A model generated the notes under the pieces. That model had not been told where the DNA came from. It saw only the letters and a list, made by a program, of their open reading frames with translations, and ran no database searches. A stretch of 64,000 bases of DNA, from NCBI GenBank assembly GCA_020852955.1, contig JADYZW010000054.1:11139-75138 (forward strand). Direction: 5' to 3'. This DNA comes from Deltaproteobacteria bacterium (GTDB lineage: Bacteria > Desulfobacterota > Binatia > UTPRO1). This document shows, one piece after another, positions 58,523 through 64,000 of the stretch (within the stretch, counting starts at the first letter, position 1; each line of letters opens with the position of its first letter). Position numbers and translations under genes: made by a program.

Positions 58523-61074
58523 CCGCGCTCCTCTTCACCGTCAGCCTTCCGTACCTCCGCGCCCACGCCGGCCGCATTCTCCTCACGCTGCTCGGCGTCA
58601 TCATCGGCGTCCAGGGCATGGTCGCGATGGGGGCCCTGAACCATTCCATCATCAAGAGCTTCGAGGCCGGCCTCGAGGCCATCGCCGGCAGTGCCCGCCT
58701 GCAGATCGCGGGCCCCGAAACCGGCATTCCCGACACCCTCGCCGAGGACGCCCTGCGCGTCCCCGGCGTCCAGAGCGCTGTCGCCATCGTCGACGGTTCC
58801 CTGACCTCGGCGGACGATCCCTCGCTCCGGATTCGCACCTTCGGCATCGATCTCCTGAGCATGGTCGGCACGCGCAGCCCGCAGTTCCCGCGCGAGCACG
58901 TCCACATCGCCGACGAGTTCGGCTTCGTGAATGCCCTCGACTCGATCGCGCTCGGCGCGCCGCTCCTCGCACGGCTCGGCGTCAAGGTCGGCGACACCGT
59001 TCCGCTCGCGACGCCGAGCGGCATCCGGAACTACGTCGTCCGGGGGACGCTCGACGACGTCGGACCCACCAAGCTGTTCGGGGGCCTCGTCGCACTGCTC
59101 GATCTCCCCGTCGCCGAGGCCGTGTTCCTGAGTCCCGGACTCGCCCAGACGATCTACGTCCACAGCGACCCCGCGGCAGACATCGACGAGCTCGCCGGTC
59201 GCCTGCGTACCGCCATCGGCGATCGCGCCCGCGTCGAGCGCACCGAGGCGCGCGGCCAGCAGATGGACGCCCTGCTCGGCAGCGTCCGCGTCGCCCTCTC
59301 CCTCGCCAGTCTCGTCACGATGATCGCGGCCTTCTTCATCATCTACGAGACCATCGCGATCTCGGTCGAGCAGCGCCGCAGAGAGATCGCGATCACCCGA
59401 TCGCTCGGGTTCACGCGCAGATCGATCGCCGGCATGTTCATCCTCGAGTCCCTGATCCTGGGCCTACTCGGCGCGGCGGGTGGCGTAGCTGGGGGCTACG
59501 TCCTCGCGCGCTTGTCGCTGACGACGGCCGTCGCGGGGGTGAGCGGGATGTACTTCACCGTGGCGCCCGGCAGCGTCTTCTTGCCCATCGGGCACACGAC
59601 GCTCGCTGTGACTGCCGGATGCGCAGTGTGCGTGTTCGCAGCCGCTGTACCCGCCCTCGATGCCGCCAGCACTGCTCCAGCACGCATCTTGAGGGGCGTC
59701 ATGGGGGCCACCGCACAGACCCCCTCAGGCCGCTTGCTCGCCCACAGTGCGCTCCTTATCGTACTCGGAACAGCTGTCCTTTGTAGCGACCTGCGAATCC
59801 CGTCTTCCGAAGCGAACACAGCCTGGATCATGCTGGGCTATGGCTTGATGCTGCTCGGCTTTGGATTCCTTGCATCCCACTATGCTTGGGCCTGGTCACT
59901 TGCCTTGAGACCCCTCGCTTCGAGCGCTGACCTAGCAACCAGTCTCGCGTGGGAGTTCTTTTCCAGGAAGCCGCTCCGGATCGCAGCAGCCGCGTCGGCA
60001 ATCATGGTGGGCGCCGCTTTGGTCGTCGTACTGGGATCAGTAGTGCACAGCATCGAAGCGACTCTGCGGGAGTGGATCGATGTCACGCTCGGCGCCGACA
60101 TCAAGATTGGAACAGGCACGGGATTGACGAGCGGATCGTTCGAGGCGTCGCTGGTCGATCGTATCCGATCGCTGCCTCAGGTCTTGTCCGTCGAACGACA
60201 CGAGAAGTCACTATTCTTGATGAACGGCTCCCCGGTCGTCCTGGTCGCAATCGATCCCGCAAATCGACCGCATGGGCCGCTTCTCCTACTCGTACGATCT
60301 TTGCCTGAGCCGTATGCGAAACTCGCGGATGGGAGCGGAGTTGCCGTAAGCGAAAGCTTCGCCCGCCGTTATGGCCATGACATCGAGGACAAACTGACAC
60401 TACCCACAGCTTCCCATCCACGCGTCTTCCAGATTGTGGCGGTTGTCCGAGATTACACGATGGATGTCGGAACCATCTTGATCGACATCGACGTTTACCA
60501 ACGGCTCTGGCGTGACAATCGCCTCACCTACGCCCAAGTTTGGCCGAGACCAGGAACGGATCTCGAAGCCCTCCGAGGTCAGATCAACGTGTCACTAAAG
60601 GACAGTCCCACTGTCGCGGTCGTAACGAACAGTGAGTTCCGAGCCGACGTCGAGAAGCGCGTGCGCGACCTTTTGGGTGTACTGGGATCGCTCCAGATCC
60701 TGGCGTGTGCGATCGCGGTCTTGGGCGTCGTGACGTTCCTCTTGGCCGCTAGTCTGGATCGGCGTCGAGAGCTCTCGATCCTCCGAAGCGTCGGCGTCTC
60801 CGCTCGGCAGATACGTCGCGCCGTCATGATCGAGGGAGGCCTGATCGGCATCACGGGAGCTACTCTCGGGATCCTCGCGGGGATCCCAGCCGCGTACCTG
60901 ATGGTCGCATATTCGATGCCCGCAACGATGGGATGGTCCCTGCACTTCGTATTTCCCACAATGCTCGCGCTCACCACCCTCATCGCCGTCACCGTCGCTG
61001 CGGCTCTCGCCGCCTACTTCCCGGCGCGACAGATCACCCGCGGGGCGATCCTGGCCGGGCTGCAGATGGAGTGA
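58519..61074 (+). CDS. ABC transporter permease with two FtsX/MacB-type modules (TM + periplasmic domain + 3 TM, twice)
   Basis: The GTG overlaps the upstream stop (GTGA). N-terminus LRAHAGRILLTLLGVIIGV. EQRRREIAITRSLGFTRRSI and RRRELSILRSVGVSARQI (FtsX-domain cytoplasmic loop, twice). Confidence 0.8.
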   Translation: MTALLFTVSLPYLRAHAGRILLTLLGVIIGVQGMVAMGALNHSIIKSFEAGLEAIAGSARLQIAGPETGIPDTLAEDALRVPGVQSAVAIVDGSLTSADDPSLRIRTFGIDLLSMVGTRSPQFPREHVHIADEFGFVNALDSIALGAPLLARLGVKVGDTVPLATPSGIRNYVVRGTLDDVGPTKLFGGLVALLDLPVAEAVFLSPGLAQTIYVHSDPAADIDELAGRLRTAIGDRARVERTEARGQQMDALLGSVRVALSLASLVTMIAAFFIIYETIAISVEQRRREIAITRSLGFTRRSIAGMFILESLILGLLGAAGGVAGGYVLARLSLTTAVAGVSGMYFTVAPGSVFLPIGHTTLAVTAGCAVCVFAAAVPALDAASTAPARILRGVMGATAQTPSGRLLAHSALLIVLGTAVLCSDLRIPSSEANTAWIMLGYGLMLLGFGFLASHYAWAWSLALRPLASSADLATSLAWEFFSRKPLRIAAAASAIMVGAALVVVLGSVVHSIEATLREWIDVTLGADIKIGTGTGLTSGSFEASLVDRIRSLPQVLSVERHEKSLFLMNGSPVVLVAIDPANRPHGPLLLLVRSLPEPYAKLADGSGVAVSESFARRYGHDIEDKLTLPTASHPRVFQIVAVVRDYTMDVGTILIDIDVYQRLWRDNRLTYAQVWPRPGTDLEALRGQINVSLKDSPTVAVVTNSEFRADVEKRVRDLLGVLGSLQILACAIAVLGVVTFLLAASLDRRRELSILRSVGVSARQIRRAVMIEGGLIGITGATLGILAGIPAAYLMVAYSMPATMGWSLHFVFPTMLALTTLIAVTVAAALAAYFPARQITRGAILAGLQME

Positions 61075-61077
61075 GGC

Positions 61078-61794
<717 letters not shown>

Positions 61795-61841
61795 CCTTCC
61801 GCTCGCGTTCCCGGCGGCGTTCGCGGCATAGTGCGCGCCGC

Positions 61842-62315
61842 ATGTCGCTCGCCGCGCTGCAAGCGCTCCTCGACCGCAGCACCCGCACGGCGACGCCGGC
61901 AGTCGCGGACTCGATCGCCTACGCCGGCCGGCAGATGACGGCGGCGGAGCTCGTCGAGTTCTGGAAGGACGCCCGCATCATGGCGATGACCACGGTCGGC
62001 CGGAACGGCCAGCCGCACTCCGCGCCGGTGCACTCGACGCTCGACGGCGCGACCCTGTCGCTCGTGATCTACGAGCACACGGTCCGGCGCGAGGATCTGA
62101 AGGCGAACCCGCGGGTCTCGTTCACCACCTGGAAGGACGGCGCGGTGGCGATCCTCTATGGCCGGGCGCGCGAGGTGCCGGGGAGCCTCCGCGACACGCG
62201 GCCGGGGCGGAGCGGAACGCCGCGGAAGGTGGTGACGATCGCGGTGGAGCTCACGCGCGCCTACGCGATGCGCGCGCCGTCGCCGGCGCCCGGCGCGCCG
62301 CCGCCGCGGAGCTGA
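61842..62315 (+). CDS. Pyridoxamine-5'-phosphate-oxidase family (split-barrel) protein
   Basis: ARIMAMTTVGRNGQPHSAPVHSTLDG..LSLVIYEHTVRREDLKANPRVSF. Confidence 0.65.
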   Translation: MSLAALQALLDRSTRTATPAVADSIAYAGRQMTAAELVEFWKDARIMAMTTVGRNGQPHSAPVHSTLDGATLSLVIYEHTVRREDLKANPRVSFTTWKDGAVAILYGRAREVPGSLRDTRPGRSGTPRKVVTIAVELTRAYAMRAPSPAPGAPPPRS

Positions 62316-62327
62316 GCGCCGCGCCTC

Positions 62328-62450
62328 ATGACCGCCGACGTCCCCGATCGCCGCCGCACCTGGACGCCGCTGCTCATCCGCCTGATCGTCGCGCTCCTCA
62401 TCGCGACGCCCTTCGTGGCGATCGTCCTCCAGGCGCTCGGCAAGCGCTGA
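62328..62450 (+). CDS. Candidate 40-aa single-TM small protein (below the ORF-track cutoff)
   Basis: ATG..TGA encodes MTADVPDRRRTWTPLLIRLIVALLIATPFVAIVLQALGKR: positive-inside N-terminus plus one clean hydrophobic helix. 12 nt after the upstream stop. Confidence 0.3.
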   Translation: MTADVPDRRRTWTPLLIRLIVALLIATPFVAIVLQALGKR

Positions 62451-62541
62451 GCGCGGCGCGCCGCATTGCCTCGGTCCGGCCGGTGTCGCGCCGGCGCGCG
62501 GCTTCCGCTCGCTCCCCGCGTGGTCTAGAGTCGCGCCCGGC

Positions 62542-63549
62542 ATGATCAGCCGCACGGCAGAGCCGGCCTGCCCGGCGCGCGACCCCGCGCTCGATCCCGG
62601 GACGTCGATGACGCCGACGGCGCCCGCGCCCGTCCGGCTCGCCCCCGACGTGCTCAGGCCCCTCCAGAAGCTCTCGGCGGGCCATGCGCTCCGGGCGCTC
62701 CTCGGAACGTGGGGGCTCGTCGCGGTCAGCATCTGGGCGGCGCTCTGGTCGGGGCACTGGGCGCTCTGGATCGCGGCGGCGCTCGTGGTCGGACGCTGCC
62801 AGCACGCGCTCGCGGTCCTGATGCACGACGCCGCGCACTACCGCCTCTTCGACCGCCGCGGCCTGAACGACTTCGCCGGCCAGTGGCTCTGCGCGAAGCC
62901 GATCGCGAGCCACCTGCACCTCTACCGGATGGTCCACCTCCGCCATCACCAGTACCTCCACACGGCGCGGGACCCCGATCTCGCGCTCTCGGCGCCCTTC
63001 CCGTGCGGCCGCCGGAGCTTCCTCCGGAAGCTCCTCCGCGACGCGACCGGTGTCTCGGCGCTCGTGATGCGCGGCTACGTGACGGTCGACAAGACCTCTG
63101 GGCGCATGCGTCTCACGCCGGGCCAGGGGAACCTCCTACGGTACTGGAGCGCGCCGACGATCGCGACGCGCGCCGCGGCGGCGCTGCTGATCGGCGGGCT
63201 CGTGTGGGCGGGATTCGGGCCCGCGTTCCTGGCGCTCTGGGTGCTGCCGCTGCTGGTCGTCTACCAGGTGATCCTGCGCGCGCGCGGCGTCCTCGAGCAC
63301 GCAGCGGTGCCCGACAAGGCGGACCCGCTCAGGAACGCGCGCACCGTCGTCTCGCCGAACCCGCTCGCGCAATTCTTCTTGAACCCGCACCACGTCGGCT
63401 ACCATCTGGAGCATCATCTCTACCCCGGCGTGCCCCACTACCACCTGCCGCGTCTCCACGCGGCGCTCGCGGCGACCGGCCGCTTCGGCGACGCGCTCGT
63501 CGAGCGGCGCTACGTCGATTCGTTCGCCGCCATCGCGGGGCCCGCCTGA
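62542..63549 (+). CDS. Membrane fatty-acid desaturase family protein
   Basis: Three His boxes: HDAAHY, HLRHHQYLH, HLEHHLYPGVPHYHL. TM segments between boxes. Confidence 0.85.
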   Translation: MISRTAEPACPARDPALDPGTSMTPTAPAPVRLAPDVLRPLQKLSAGHALRALLGTWGLVAVSIWAALWSGHWALWIAAALVVGRCQHALAVLMHDAAHYRLFDRRGLNDFAGQWLCAKPIASHLHLYRMVHLRHHQYLHTARDPDLALSAPFPCGRRSFLRKLLRDATGVSALVMRGYVTVDKTSGRMRLTPGQGNLLRYWSAPTIATRAAAALLIGGLVWAGFGPAFLALWVLPLLVVYQVILRARGVLEHAAVPDKADPLRNARTVVSPNPLAQFFLNPHHVGYHLEHHLYPGVPHYHLPRLHAALAATGRFGDALVERRYVDSFAAIAGPA

Positions 63550-63606
63550 GCCGGTGCGCCGGCTGACGGAGCCCGTACCGCCTGGAGCGAAGGAAGGAGC
63601 CGTTCT

Positions 63607-64000
63607 GATGAACCCTCGCGTCACCACCATCGTCATCGGTGTGCTCACCACGGTCATGGGCGTCTTCGCGCTGCTCTACCCGGAGACCGTGATGCGCCAC
63701 GTGCTCGGCTTCGTCGTCGATCCCGCGGACGTGGGGCGGTTCGCCTACGTGCACGGGGAGATGCGCGCCACGTACGGCGGCATCTTCACGGTGCTCGGCT
63801 TCTACACGATCCTCGGCGGGATGGATCCGGCCACGAACCGCGGCCGCCTCCTCATGATCGGGCTCCTCTGGATCGGCGCCTGCCTCGGCCGGGTCTACGG
63901 CGTCGTGATCGACGGCAGCCCCGGCCTGTGGGGCTGGCTCTCGGCGGCGCTCGAGGCGGTCATCGGCGGCGCCCTGGTCGCGGTGTCGCAGATGACGCCG
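63607..64000 (+). CDS. Small polytopic membrane protein (DUF4345-like), 3'-truncated by the window edge
   Basis: AAGGAAGGAG RBS. MNPRVTTIVIGVLTTVMGVFALLYPE..., open to the end of the window. Confidence 0.5.

Noticed and set aside
59460-60960. Low-GC segment considered as a mobile element or genomic island
   Set aside because: It has no integrase, transposase, tRNA target, terminal inverted repeats or direct repeats. The segment is in frame within one gene. It is reported instead as an intragenic mosaic or possible assembly chimera.

Overview
Very GC-rich bacterial chromosomal segment (about 70% by eye, not computed), densely coding on both strands. I can support about 55 protein genes. I recognised no rRNA, tRNA, CRISPR array, transposase or integrase. 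Because of the GC content the six-frame track is full of long antisense or out-of-frame shadow ORFs rich in R/A/G/P; I rejected these. I also trimmed many ORFs to internal starts, using signal peptides, family N-termini, Shine-Dalgarno-like motifs and 4-nt ATGA/GTGA overlaps with the upstream gene. Core metabolism: eutBC; an Lrp/AsnC regulator directly upstream of gltBD; sucA-sucB-lpdA followed on the same strand by bfd-bfr with a Fur-box-like AT-rich palindrome; glgC; dcd. Between these lie lineage-specific modules, which are the most interesting part. (1) A translationally coupled PadR / polyprenyl-diphosphate-synthase-like (with an unknown C-terminal extension) / double-FtsX permease / ABC ATPase operon at 56.4-61.8 kb, whose permease gene contains a sharp 1.5-kb low-GC3 segment. 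(2) A sensor-less sigma-54 activator divergent from an internally duplicated secreted protein with 28 Cys (38.5-40.6 kb). (3) A co-directional block of KAS-ACP-acyltransferase-like genes plus one membrane histidine kinase and two tandem REC-kinase paralogs, converging on and overlapping an MMPL/RND exporter (8-16.5 kb). (4) Large secreted enzymes, a metzincin and a purple-acid-phosphatase-like protein, with unassigned Cys-bearing C-terminal modules. All family calls come from motif recognition by eye; no database search was run. Taxonomy cannot be assigned from this window. Lipoproteins, RND, sigma-54 and BNR proteins suggest a high-GC Gram-negative lineage.
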